54,305 nt of DNA, from contig JAFAHD010000007.1 in the NCBI GenBank assembly GCA_019237415.1, positions 1 to 54,305 of the forward strand. Reading direction: 5' to 3'. The position numbers and the translations under genes are program-made. Position 1 is the stretch's first letter. Each line of letters begins with the position of its first letter. Under the pieces are notes generated by a model. It was not told the DNA's origin and did no database searches. It worked only from the letters and a program-made list of their open reading frames with translations. Below, in pieces: positions 18,984 through 27,406 of the stretch. Source of the DNA: Vulcanimicrobiota bacterium (lineage in GTDB: Bacteria; Vulcanimicrobiota; Vulcanimicrobiia; Eremiobacterales; Eremiobacteraceae).

Positions 18984-20505
18984 GGTACATCGCTACCTCC
19001 GCACGGGTCGTCGCGCCCTCAAGCGCCTTGCTGCGCACCTTGGGGAACAGCCGCGCCGCACAGAACGGCATGCGCACCGGATCGTTGCCGGCGCTCCCGA
19101 CATGGACGCAGCACTGTTCGAGGCGCTCCGAGATCAGCGTGTCGGCGTCCATGAAATGTTTGATCGTGATGCGCTTGACGCGATTGCCGACGAAATCATG
19201 CGACGCGTCTTTGCGGAACGCCGCGCCGATCAGCGCCGCGACGCCGCCGAAGTCGCATGCGGTGCACAGCGACGCCAAATGTCCCACGAGCTCGGGCCGT
19301 GAGAGCGTCATGGACTCGGACATCAGTCCCGCCAACGCGTCGCGGACGATCGTCAAGGTATCGGCGAACGCGATCGTGTTGCCCACGACGCCAAGGTTCG
19401 CACGCAACACGTCGTGGCCGACCAGCCGCGCGAGACTGCGATACGAGCCGTCGTTGCCTTTGACGACGTAGCCGATAGAGCAGCAATCGGGATGGCTGCA
19501 GGGCAAAGCGATGAGATCGTCCGCCTTCACTCGCGAACACTGGCTCTCGATGCGACGCAGGACGCCGGTCGTCGTCACCCGGTCCATCGAGTCGAATCGC
19601 GGCGCGCGGCCCGAGCCGAACACCGGCTGGAACATCACGCCACCGACGAACGGCGTGCCGAGTGCCGTGTCGAGCACCTCGCCGATCAGGTCCTGGTTCT
19701 CGCGCGTCACGACCATGACCAACGTGGTGAACACACCTGCAGCCGACAGCCGCTCGAGCACGCGACGCTTGATCTCGCGCAGGTCCTGCCCGCGCAGCTG
19801 TATGTGGGTTTGCTCGCGCTGTCCGTCGTACTGCAGGTACACTTCGATGCGTTTGCGGTGGTCGTGCAAGAACGCGACGAACTCTTTGTCGCTCGCGATG
19901 CGAATGCCGTTCGTGTTGAGCAGCACGCGCGTGACGGGCAGCGCGGCGAGCTCGCGCAAGATTTCGACGATCTGCGGATGGACGGTGGGCTCGCCGCCGC
20001 TGATCATCACCACATCGAGGCGTCCGCCTTCGCGCTCGATCGCGGTGTGAACCGAGCGAAGGATGCTCTCCACGGGCAGGTAGTGCGTCTGCTTCGGACC
20101 TGACTGCGCATAACACGCTGGACACGACAGGTTGCATTGCGACGTGATGTCGAGCAAAAAGATGCACGTGTGCTGCAGGTGCGCGGGCCCGAGGCCATGC
20201 TCGTAGCCGGTTGGGGGCGGAAACAGCTCGCGCGTGTCGGCGTTGATGATCTTGGTCGGCACGCGCCACTGCTGCAAGTACTGCCACAGCTCGAGGTCTT
20301 CTTCGTACAGCGACCATACTTCGCCATGACCGCGCCGGCAGTAGCGGCGCAGATAGATCTTGCCGTCGCGCGTGACCAGATGCCCGTCGGCGATGTCGTC
20401 GGGCCACTGCGGATCGAAGGCCGGGTCGTCTGCGAAGCAGCGCGGGCAAACCGCGCGAACGCTCTTGAGCACGGTGTAGTCGTTGACCGCGAGCGCCATG
20501 TGCAT
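18973..20505 (-). CDS. radical SAM enzyme with N-terminal zinc-ribbon/rubredoxin-like module (MJ0619/Tes-like architecture)
   Basis: ITSQCNLSCPACYA is a CX3CX2C motif, and GGEPTVHP is a SAM-binding block. The N-terminus reads VCPRCF...GHLVTRDGKIYLRRYCRRGHGE. The C-terminus reads RITIKHFMDADTL..RLEQCCVHVG....RMPFCA. Length is 510 aa. Confidence 0.85.
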   Translation of the reverse strand: MHMALAVNDYTVLKSVRAVCPRCFADDPAFDPQWPDDIADGHLVTRDGKIYLRRYCRRGHGEVWSLYEEDLELWQYLQQWRVPTKIINADTRELFPPPTGYEHGLGPAHLQHTCIFLLDITSQCNLSCPACYAQSGPKQTHYLPVESILRSVHTAIEREGGRLDVVMISGGEPTVHPQIVEILRELAALPVTRVLLNTNGIRIASDKEFVAFLHDHRKRIEVYLQYDGQREQTHIQLRGQDLREIKRRVLERLSAAGVFTTLVMVVTRENQDLIGEVLDTALGTPFVGGVMFQPVFGSGRAPRFDSMDRVTTTGVLRRIESQCSRVKADDLIALPCSHPDCCSIGYVVKGNDGSYRSLARLVGHDVLRANLGVVGNTIAFADTLTIVRDALAGLMSESMTLSRPELVGHLASLCTACDFGGVAALIGAAFRKDASHDFVGNRVKRITIKHFMDADTLISERLEQCCVHVGSAGNDPVRMPFCAARLFPKVRSKALEGATTRAEVAMYHGG

Positions 20506-20561
20506 GAGCTTGGCGCAACCGACTAGGGTCGCCTTTCGAGCGCCTTGAATGCACAGCGGCG

Positions 20562-21668
20562 ATGAAGATCACGGTGATCGGCGCCGGCATCAACGGCCTT
20601 TCGAGCGCGTGGGCGCTCACGCGCGATGGGCACGACGTCACGGTGATCGAGCAAGGAGCGATCCCAAATCCGCTCGCATCATCGAACGATCAGAACCGTT
20701 TGATCCGCTTTCCCTATGGTGCAAGCGAAGGCTACACGCGCATGGTGTCAGACGCATATCGCGCCTGGGACCTGATGTGGGCCGACCTTGGCGAGACGCT
20801 GTATGCTCGCACCGGCACGCTGGCGATCGCCCGCGACGAGGACAGCTGGACTGATTGGTCCGCGAACACACTCGCGCGGGTGGGCGTCGAGGCAACGCGC
20901 TTATCACCTGCCGACGTCGGACGCATCTTTCCGATGCTGCGAACAGACGGCATGCGCTATGCGCTGCACCTGGACTCGGGCGGCGAGCTCTTCGCGTCGC
21001 GCATCCTCGAGTCGCTGGCGCGTTTCTTGCCCGGCAAGGGCGCGCGTTTGCTGGAATCCACGCGGGTGGCGAGCATCGATGCGGTCACCGCCAAAGCCGT
21101 ACTCGAAGATGGTTCGGCGATCGACGCTGACGCGATCGTGGTCGCGGCCGGTCCGTGGGTGAGCCGGCTTGTTCCATCGCTGGCGGCGCGCGTCACGCCG
21201 TCGCGCCAAGTGGTCGCCTACGTTGAACCGCCGCCGCAGTATGCCGAGCATTGGCGCCACGGCCCGATGCTTATGGATCTCGACGGCGCTGGGTTCTATC
21301 TGGTCCCGCCCTACGGCGGCACCGACATGAAGGTCGGCGATCATCGTTTCAGCCTCACCGGGCAGCCCGACGCCGATCGCGAACCAGCGGAAGCCGAGGC
21401 GCGCGAGGTCTTCGAACAGGCTCGCAGGACGCTGCGCGACTTCGAGCAGTACCACATCAAATCGTCGCGCACGTGTTTCTACACCGTGCAGCCTGAGGAG
21501 CAATTCATCATCGAGCGGTTTGGCGCCGCGTGGGTGCTCAGCGCCTGCTCGGGCCACGGATTCAAGTTCGGCGCGCTCAACGGCCGCAACGTCGCGGACG
21601 GCATATCTGGACGACGCCCGTCTGAAGAAATCGCCGCATTCGCGGCTGGCGGGCTCGTTTCGCAATGA
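20562..21668 (+). CDS. FAD-dependent oxidoreductase (DAO family; sarcosine/N-methyl-amino-acid oxidase-like)
   Basis: MKITVIGAGINGLSSAWALTRDGHDVTVIE is a Rossmann GxGxxG fold, and a C-terminal SGHGFKFG block is typical of the DAO family. Confidence 0.85.
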   Translation: MKITVIGAGINGLSSAWALTRDGHDVTVIEQGAIPNPLASSNDQNRLIRFPYGASEGYTRMVSDAYRAWDLMWADLGETLYARTGTLAIARDEDSWTDWSANTLARVGVEATRLSPADVGRIFPMLRTDGMRYALHLDSGGELFASRILESLARFLPGKGARLLESTRVASIDAVTAKAVLEDGSAIDADAIVVAAGPWVSRLVPSLAARVTPSRQVVAYVEPPPQYAEHWRHGPMLMDLDGAGFYLVPPYGGTDMKVGDHRFSLTGQPDADREPAEAEAREVFEQARRTLRDFEQYHIKSSRTCFYTVQPEEQFIIERFGAAWVLSACSGHGFKFGALNGRNVADGISGRRPSEEIAAFAAGGLVSQ

Positions 21669-22747
21669 GCGCGCTTGATTGGCTGTCGCTCGCGATTGGC
21701 GCCGTCATCGTCGGATTGATGCTGTACGACGTGTTCGCCGCGGTCGTCGTACCGAGAATGGTCTCCCCGGCGCTGCGGCTGAGCGCAGGAGCCGTTCGCG
21801 GGACGTGGCTCGCGTGGCGCGCCTTTGCGCTGCGCATTCGCGACGCTGACCAGCGCGAAGATTTCCTAGGCCGCTTCGCGCCGTTCATGCTCGTCGCGTT
21901 GCTCGTCGCGTGGCTGATCGGCCTGCTGGTCGGGTACGGTCTGATCTTCTACGCGCTTCGAGCGCACACGCAGCCAGAGGTGCACAGCTTCATCGACGCG
22001 ATCTATTTCGCCGGTGCCTCGCTGCTGACGATCGGTTTTGGCGATATCGTCGCGACCGGGCACGTGACCAGGATGCTCACCCTCGCGGCGGGCGCGACGG
22101 GATTGGCGCTCTTCGCGCTCACCATCTCCTTCACGTTCTCCATCTTCGGATCGTTCCAAAAGCGGGAGATCTTCGTCGTTATGATGGGCGGTCGCGCAGG
22201 CGCGCCGCCGTCCGGTGTCACGCTGCTCGAGACGGCCTCGAAATTCCGTCTCTACGACGATCTTGCGCAGGCGCTGCGAGAAGCCGAGTCGTGGGCCGCC
22301 TCCGTGCTCGAGTCGCATCTCGCGTATCCCATCCTCATGTACTTCCGCTCCAGTCACGACGATGAATCGTGGATCGGAACGCTTGGCGCCATCTTGGACG
22401 CGTCAACGCTGCTGCTCACACTGACGGAGAGCCCGCTCGTCGGCCAGGCGAAGCTGTTTCATATCATGGGCGTCCACCTCGTCCGCGATCTTGCACACTA
22501 CTTCCACATCCCCGAGGAGGCCGACGTCGGCATCGAACGCTCGGAGTTCGACCAAGCGTGTGCCGCCCTCACCGCCGCCGGGTGGACGATTCGCGATGAC
22601 GACGCAGCGTGGGCGAGCTTCAGGGAAAACCGCGCGCGCTACGCGGGGCCGCTCAACGAAATGGCCCGATTCTGGGCGATCCCTCCCTCGCGCTGGATCG
22701 GTGACCGATCGACCATCGGCGTTCATTCGCACGCGCACACGACATAG
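21665..22747 (+). CDS. potassium-channel pore-domain protein with uncharacterised cytoplasmic C-terminal domain
   Basis: SLLTIGFGDIVATG is the K+ selectivity filter TxGxGD, flanked by TM helices. The ATG overlaps the upstream stop (ATGA). Confidence 0.8.
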   Translation: MSALDWLSLAIGAVIVGLMLYDVFAAVVVPRMVSPALRLSAGAVRGTWLAWRAFALRIRDADQREDFLGRFAPFMLVALLVAWLIGLLVGYGLIFYALRAHTQPEVHSFIDAIYFAGASLLTIGFGDIVATGHVTRMLTLAAGATGLALFALTISFTFSIFGSFQKREIFVVMMGGRAGAPPSGVTLLETASKFRLYDDLAQALREAESWAASVLESHLAYPILMYFRSSHDDESWIGTLGAILDASTLLLTLTESPLVGQAKLFHIMGVHLVRDLAHYFHIPEEADVGIERSEFDQACAALTAAGWTIRDDDAAWASFRENRARYAGPLNEMARFWAIPPSRWIGDRSTIGVHSHAHTT

Positions 22748-22817
22748 GGTGCGGACTGCAAGAACAGGAAGCGTCGCCTTAGGGCGCCTCCATTCACGGC
22801 ATCGGAGAGATCCCATC

Positions 22818-23426
22818 GTGCGTCTTCAGGTTCCAATCGCAGCGGCGCTCGCCGCGATCGCGGCCGCCGTCGATCCGTTGTCCTCCTCGGCCGCCGCCGC
22901 TGACGTCACCTGGTCTGCTGATCCGGGGCATTCGCTTGCCGAGTTCAGCGTGATCCATCTCGGCGTCACGCATGTCCGCGGCTCAATTCTCATCTCGCAA
23001 GCGACGATCGTGACCTCCGGGGAAAATCAAACGCCCACCGCGATCGACGCGACGCTCGACGCCTCCAGCATCGACACGCGCAACACCGATCGCGACAATG
23101 ACCTCCGATCGGCGAATTGGCTCGATGTCGCCCAGTACAAAACGATTGAGTTCAAGAGCACGAATATCGTGCCTGGCGCTGGCGACACATTTACCGCGGC
23201 CGGCGATCTGACGATCCACGGCGTCACGAAGCCGGTGACGCTGCAGGGACACGTCGATGGCACGACGGTGGACGGGCGCGGCCATCATCGCGTTTCGTAT
23301 TCTGCGACGACGACGATCAAGCGTCAAGATTTCGGTTTGAACTGGGCGCAGCAGACGCCGGGGGGGACGTTCGTCGTGGGCGACAACGTCGACATCTCGC
23401 TTACGATCGAAGCAGTCGCTCGCTAA
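22818..23426 (+). CDS. YceI-family periplasmic polyisoprenoid-binding-like protein
   Basis: GTG at 22818 follows GGAGAGA. There is a signal peptide, then WSADPGHSLAEFSVIHLGVTHVRG, SIDTRNTDRDNDLRS and GDLTIHGVTKPVTL, which are YceI hallmarks. Confidence 0.85.
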   Translation: MRLQVPIAAALAAIAAAVDPLSSSAAAADVTWSADPGHSLAEFSVIHLGVTHVRGSILISQATIVTSGENQTPTAIDATLDASSIDTRNTDRDNDLRSANWLDVAQYKTIEFKSTNIVPGAGDTFTAAGDLTIHGVTKPVTLQGHVDGTTVDGRGHHRVSYSATTTIKRQDFGLNWAQQTPGGTFVVGDNVDISLTIEAVAR

Positions 23427-23436
23427 TGTAGTCGAA

Positions 23437-23738
23437 TGGGATGACCGGGACTCGAACCCGGACGCCCTTGCGGGCAACAGATTTTCGCGCCGCTATGGCT
23501 TTCGCCACCGTTCTCACGTTTTGCGGTCCGGACTGTGCCATGGCCATGGCGTCGATCACGCGTTAGGCCGCGCCCGTCCAGTCTCTACACCTTCCCCGTT
23601 GCCGGAGCTTGGCTCGGCGTTGTCACGTCCGGCGCCCGGACGACAGAGTTCGCCGACTTTGAGCGCATCCCGAGGGTGGTTTCCCGGCCCTCGGCTCCAA
23701 TTGAAGTCTGTTGTGTCTGCCGATTTCACCATCATCCC
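23437..23738 (-). tRNA. tRNA-Leu(UAA) gene interrupted by a group I intron (exons 23704-23738 and 23437-23485)
   Basis: The 5' exon is GGGATGATGGTGAAATCGGCAGACACAACAGACTT and the 3' exon is AAAATCTGTTGCCCGCAAGGGCGTCCGGGTTCGAGTCCCGGTCATCCCA. Joined, they give an 84-nt class II tRNA. Acceptor GGGATGA pairs with TCATCCC, anticodon stem ACAGA with TCTGT, and the loop is CUUAAAA (anticodon UAA). There is a long variable arm GCCC-GCAA-GGGC and T arm CCGGG-TTCGAGT-CCCGG. CCA is not encoded. Confidence 0.85.
23486..23703 (-). ncRNA. group I intron (IC3-like, 218 nt, no ORF) between U34 and A35 of tRNA-Leu(UAA)
   Basis: The 5' exon ends in U and the intron ends in G. P1 can form as CUUC/GGAG with U-G at the splice site. 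Core strings are CCGGGAAACCAC, GGGATGCGCTCAAAGTCGGCGAA, CAACGCCGAGCCAAGCTCCGG, GAAGGTGTAGAGACTGGACGG, CCTAACG, GTCC and GCGAAAGC. From memory these match the Azoarcus tRNA-Ile and Anabaena tRNA-Leu intron cores. Confidence 0.85.
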
Positions 23739-23779
23739 ACGATGGTGATACAGCCGTTTGTCGCGCTGCCGGTGAAACC

Positions 23780-24724
23780 CTAGCCGGCGAGACGTTCGCG
23801 CAGATAGCCGACCAGCAGGTCGGCTTCGCAGACGAAGAACGACGACGCTTGAGCATGTCGCGCGACTTCGTCGATAATGACCAAGCCCGCCGGAAAGATG
23901 TCAGCGCGCGATTCGGGTAATCCGTGCAAGCGCTTGCGTTCCGCCGTCGGCAAGGACCCGACGAGTTGCAGCAGATCGCCGAGATCGGCAAGCCGTATGT
24001 CGGCCACGCGCATGTCGGACGACCCGTAGCCGTGCAACACGCGCGCGGCTGTGTCCGCAGTGCCGCCGACGAACGCAAGCGCGCCACCGGAACCAGCCAA
24101 CGCGCCGGGCGCGAGCTGCTCGAGCGCGATCGGCGCCAACTCGAGGCGCACCGCCGTACGGCAGGCAGTGATCTCAGGTACGAGCGGCGGATCGTGTTTG
24201 AAGAATCGTTCTGTCATCCGAACCGCGCCGATTTGCAGCGACTGCACCCGCGCGTTGCGGCCGTCCAACCGGTCTTGAATCTCCCCGACCGCGATTTCCG
24301 TGCTTCCGCCGCCGACATCCACCACGGTCAACCAGCGGCGCGGCGTCTTGCCCGCGCTCGCGAGCGCCCACAGCGCGCCATCGAACGACGCACGCGCTTC
24401 TTCTTCTCCTGTGAGCACGCGCATGGTCGTGCCGGTGATCTGGTTGGCCCGCGCTTCGAAGTCTGCAGCATTCGACGCGTCGCGCAGCGCGCAGGTGCCG
24501 ATCACAAAGAGTTGGTCAGCTCGCCGGCCGAGCAGCGCGAACTCCGCCATCGCATCCAGCGTGCGCTCCATCGCCGCGGTCGACAGCGCACCCGAGGCGC
24601 CGGCGCCCTCGCCCAGCCGGGTCCCTCGAATGTCGTGGTGCTCGGCTCGCACGTCGCCGTTCTCGTAACGCGCGATCAGCAGCCGGCACGAGTTCGTCCC
24701 CGCGGAAATGATGGCCGCCCGCAC
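23780..24724 (-). CDS. ppx: exopolyphosphatase / guanosine pentaphosphate phosphohydrolase family (Ppx/GppA)
   Basis: GTG at 24724, 1 nt after the upstream stop, gives VRAAIISAGTNSCRLLIA, the ASKHA phosphate-1 motif. DVGGGSTE is also present. The upstream 59 codons of the track ORF are implausible. Confidence 0.85.
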   Translation of the reverse strand: MRAAIISAGTNSCRLLIARYENGDVRAEHHDIRGTRLGEGAGASGALSTAAMERTLDAMAEFALLGRRADQLFVIGTCALRDASNAADFEARANQITGTTMRVLTGEEEARASFDGALWALASAGKTPRRWLTVVDVGGGSTEIAVGEIQDRLDGRNARVQSLQIGAVRMTERFFKHDPPLVPEITACRTAVRLELAPIALEQLAPGALAGSGGALAFVGGTADTAARVLHGYGSSDMRVADIRLADLGDLLQLVGSLPTAERKRLHGLPESRADIFPAGLVIIDEVARHAQASSFFVCEADLLVGYLRERLAG

Positions 24725-24725
24725 G

Positions 24726-25193
24726 TCAGTGCTTCTTACGCGGCGGCCGTTTCGGCGATTCGCGGTATTGGCGCCGGGCGCGCATCTCAAATGGAAGTAA
24801 GCGCTCGCGAGGCGCTTCCTTGCCCTCCTGCGCACGGCTTGCGATCGCGCCGTTGGGATCCCAATCTTCGGTCTGGCGCAGATACTCGATGATCTTGTCA
24901 TCGAGTGAGGAGTCGGCGTCCGCCTGCGTTTGCGGCGCTCGCTCAGCCGGCAGCTCCGGCGCGGTCGGCTCGTCGCCCAATGCCAGCTGAGCCAACAGCC
25001 AGCCGTCCTGCTCGGAGACGACGAACGGAAAGCGCGGTTTTCGCGCGTGCGCGAGCGCGCTGCGCACGCGGCCGTAGCCCGGATCGGTCGAGGGCAGATT
25101 TGCGAAGCGGCCGTCCATAAGCCGCACGACGCAACCGTATCGCCCGCACGAAAGCACCGCGCCTCGGATCGGTTCCACGCCGTCGGCGGTCAT
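24726..25193 (-). CDS. hypothetical protein with possible N-terminal S1/OB-like fold and basic C-terminal tail
   Basis: The ATG overlaps the ftsB-like stop (ATGA). IRGAVLSCGRYGCVVRLMDGRFANL resembles an S1-type beta strand pattern. It occupies the position between ftsB and ppx that other Gram-positive-type genomes fill with a small conserved protein. Confidence 0.5.
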   Translation of the reverse strand: MTADGVEPIRGAVLSCGRYGCVVRLMDGRFANLPSTDPGYGRVRSALAHARKPRFPFVVSEQDGWLLAQLALGDEPTAPELPAERAPQTQADADSSLDDKIIEYLRQTEDWDPNGAIASRAQEGKEAPRERLLPFEMRARRQYRESPKRPPRKKH

Positions 25194-25537
25194 TTGGGGG
25201 CGGGTGTCGCGACCTCGATGAAGAGCTCGTTCGGCTTGGTCAGGCCCAACTGCTCGTGGATCAACGGCACGAGATATTCCGGATCGCGCGACAGGATGAT
25301 GTCTCTACGCAGGTTGACGGTGTCGGCAGCGAGCTGGCGGTTCTGATCTTCAACCGCGTCGATCTGTTTGTGCAGCTGATAGTTCTGATAGCCGACGCGC
25401 CACGCTTGCACGGAGAACGAGATCGCGACGAGCAGCGCAGCGGCTAGCGCCAGCATGCGGCCGGCAATCCTCGTCACGCGCGCCATCGTGCGCTCGCGGC
25501 GCTTGCGCGCTTCGCGACCGAGCGGTTTGCCCGCCAT
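25190..25537 (-). CDS. ftsB: septum formation initiator (FtsB/DivIC family)
   Basis: One TM segment (MLALAAALLVAISFSV) is followed by a coiled coil, YQLHKQIDAVEDQNRQLAADTVNLRRDI, and then DPEYLVPLIHEQLGLTKPNE. Confidence 0.7.
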   Translation of the reverse strand: MAGKPLGREARKRRERTMARVTRIAGRMLALAAALLVAISFSVQAWRVGYQNYQLHKQIDAVEDQNRQLAADTVNLRRDIILSRDPEYLVPLIHEQLGLTKPNELFIEVATPAPK

Positions 25538-25559
25538 CCGGCTGATCTTGTGTCCGATA

Positions 25560-26534
25560 CTACCGCGCCGCACGGTCGAGCACCATCTCCTCGTGCGCGC
25601 CGATCTTTCGATACTTCTCGTAGCGGCGGTCGAGCAGTTGTTCCGGCTTCAACGACATGAGTTTGTCGAGCGCGCGCGCATCCGCTGCAAGCACGGCGTC
25701 CACGACTTTGGCGGGATCGCGATGCGCGCCGCCCATCGGTTCGGGCACGACCTCGTCGACGATGCCGAATTCGAAAAGATCCTCCGACGTCAAGCGCAGC
25801 CGCATCGCGGCCTCTTCCGCCTTGGTCGAATCGCGCCACAATATAGATGCAGCTGCTTCGGGCGACGCGACCGAGTAGATCGCGTGTTGGAGCATCGCGA
25901 TGTGGTCGCCGACGCCGATCCCCAGCGCTCCGCCGCTGCCGCCCTCGCCCACGATATTGACGACGATCGGCGTGCGCAGTCCGGCCATCAGTTTGATGTT
26001 GGTCGCGATCGCTTCCGCCTGGCCGCGCTCCTCTGCGCCGATCCCCGGATATGCGCCGGGCGTGTCCACAAAGGTGAGGAGCGGCTTGCCGAACTTCTCC
26101 GCCAGGCGCATGATACGCGCCGCCTTGCGATACCCTTCCGGATGCGCCATACCGAAGCTGCGATACAGGTTCTCTTTGGTGTCGCGCCCCTTCTGCTGGC
26201 CGAGCACGAAGACCGGCACGCCGCGCAAGTACGCGTAGCCCGCCACGAGCGCCGGGTCGTCGCGGTACGAACGGTCGCCGTGCAATTCGACGAAGCCATC
26301 CAGTTTGGATATGTAGTCCATGGCGAGCGGGCGGCGCGGATGGCGCGCGAGATGCACGCGCTGCCAAGGCGTAAGATTGCCGAATATCTCCGCCTCGAGC
26401 GAGACCGCTTTCTCATTGAGCGCGCGGATCTCGGCGGAGAAGTCGACGCGTTGCGTCTCGTTCAGCTTCTTCAAGCCCTCGATCTTGGCCTCAAGCTCGA
26501 GCAGCGGCTTCTCGAGCTCGACGATGACGTTCAC
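25560..26534 (-). CDS. accA: acetyl-CoA carboxylase carboxyltransferase alpha subunit
   Basis: FVDTPGAYPGIGAEERGQAEAIA and VVNIVGEGGSGGALG are present. The GTG start overlaps the accD stop. Confidence 0.93.
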   Translation of the reverse strand: MNVIVELEKPLLELEAKIEGLKKLNETQRVDFSAEIRALNEKAVSLEAEIFGNLTPWQRVHLARHPRRPLAMDYISKLDGFVELHGDRSYRDDPALVAGYAYLRGVPVFVLGQQKGRDTKENLYRSFGMAHPEGYRKAARIMRLAEKFGKPLLTFVDTPGAYPGIGAEERGQAEAIATNIKLMAGLRTPIVVNIVGEGGSGGALGIGVGDHIAMLQHAIYSVASPEAAASILWRDSTKAEEAAMRLRLTSEDLFEFGIVDEVVPEPMGGAHRDPAKVVDAVLAADARALDKLMSLKPEQLLDRRYEKYRKIGAHEEMVLDRAAR

Positions 26535-27406
26535 GCGGATTTCGGTCGCGCGACGTCGACCGCTCCATAGCCCTTGGCGATGAGAAAGCGCAGCACGCTC
26601 GCCAGCGCCGCCTTCATATCCGAGCGGCGCACCACCATATCGACCTGGCCGTGTTCGAGCAAGAACTCGGCGGTCTGGAAACCTTCGGGCAGCTTTTGCC
26701 GGATCGTCTGATCGATCACGCGACGGCCGGCGAAGCCGATCGCCGCGCCGCTTTCGGCGATGACGACATCGCCTTGAAACCCGAATGAAGCGGAGACACC
26801 GCCGGTGGTGGGATCCGTTAGTATGGTGACCAAGGGGAGGCCGAGTGCGCCGAAGCGCTCAACCGCGCCGCTGGTCTTGGCAAGCTGCATAAGGCCGATC
26901 ATGCCTTCTTCCATGCGCGCCCCGCCGGATGATGTGACGATGACGCATGGCACGCGCCGACGCGCGCACTCCTCGACGAGCAGCGTGACCTTCTCGCCGA
27001 CCACGCCGCCCATGGTGCCGCCGCGGAAATTGAAGTCCATGACGCCCAGCCCGATCGGGATCTGCTCGACGGTGCAAAAGCCGGCGACGATCGCCTCAAG
27101 CAAGCCGGACTTCGTTCGGTCGCCTTGCGTCTTCTCGCGATACGGCACGCGGTCAGACCATTGCAGCGGATCGCCGGTCACCAAATTCTCGCCGATCTCA
27201 TCGAAATCGCCGTCGGCGAGCAGTGCGATGCGGTCGAGCGCGGGCAGACGGAAATGATGCCCGCACTTCGGGCACACCCGCTGTTGCGCGTCGAGATCCT
27301 TGATGTAGATGCGCTCGCCGCACGACGGGCAGATCTCCCAGAGCTTGTCGTCGGCGGGCTGCGGCTTTGCGCCGCGTCGACGCAGCCAGTTCGGCGTCGG
27401 AGTCAC
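26531..27406 (-). CDS. accD: acetyl-CoA carboxylase carboxyltransferase beta subunit
   Basis: The N-terminal zinc ribbon is CPSCGERIYIKDLDAQQRVCPKCGHH, followed by FNFRGGTMGGVVGEK and SGGARMEEG. Confidence 0.93.
   Translation of the reverse strand: MTPTPNWLRRRGAKPQPADDKLWEICPSCGERIYIKDLDAQQRVCPKCGHHFRLPALDRIALLADGDFDEIGENLVTGDPLQWSDRVPYREKTQGDRTKSGLLEAIVAGFCTVEQIPIGLGVMDFNFRGGTMGGVVGEKVTLLVEECARRRVPCVIVTSSGGARMEEGMIGLMQLAKTSGAVERFGALGLPLVTILTDPTTGGVSASFGFQGDVVIAESGAAIGFAGRRVIDQTIRQKLPEGFQTAEFLLEHGQVDMVVRRSDMKAALASVLRFLIAKGYGAVDVARPKSA

Noticed and set aside
23521-23783. Two plus-strand ORFs (75 and 82 aa) and a 154-aa minus-strand ORF (23623-24087) across the ppx/tRNA-Leu region.
   Set aside because: They lie over the group I intron and tRNA exons, or out of frame with ppx. 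The RNA-gene interpretation explains the sequence conservation much better.
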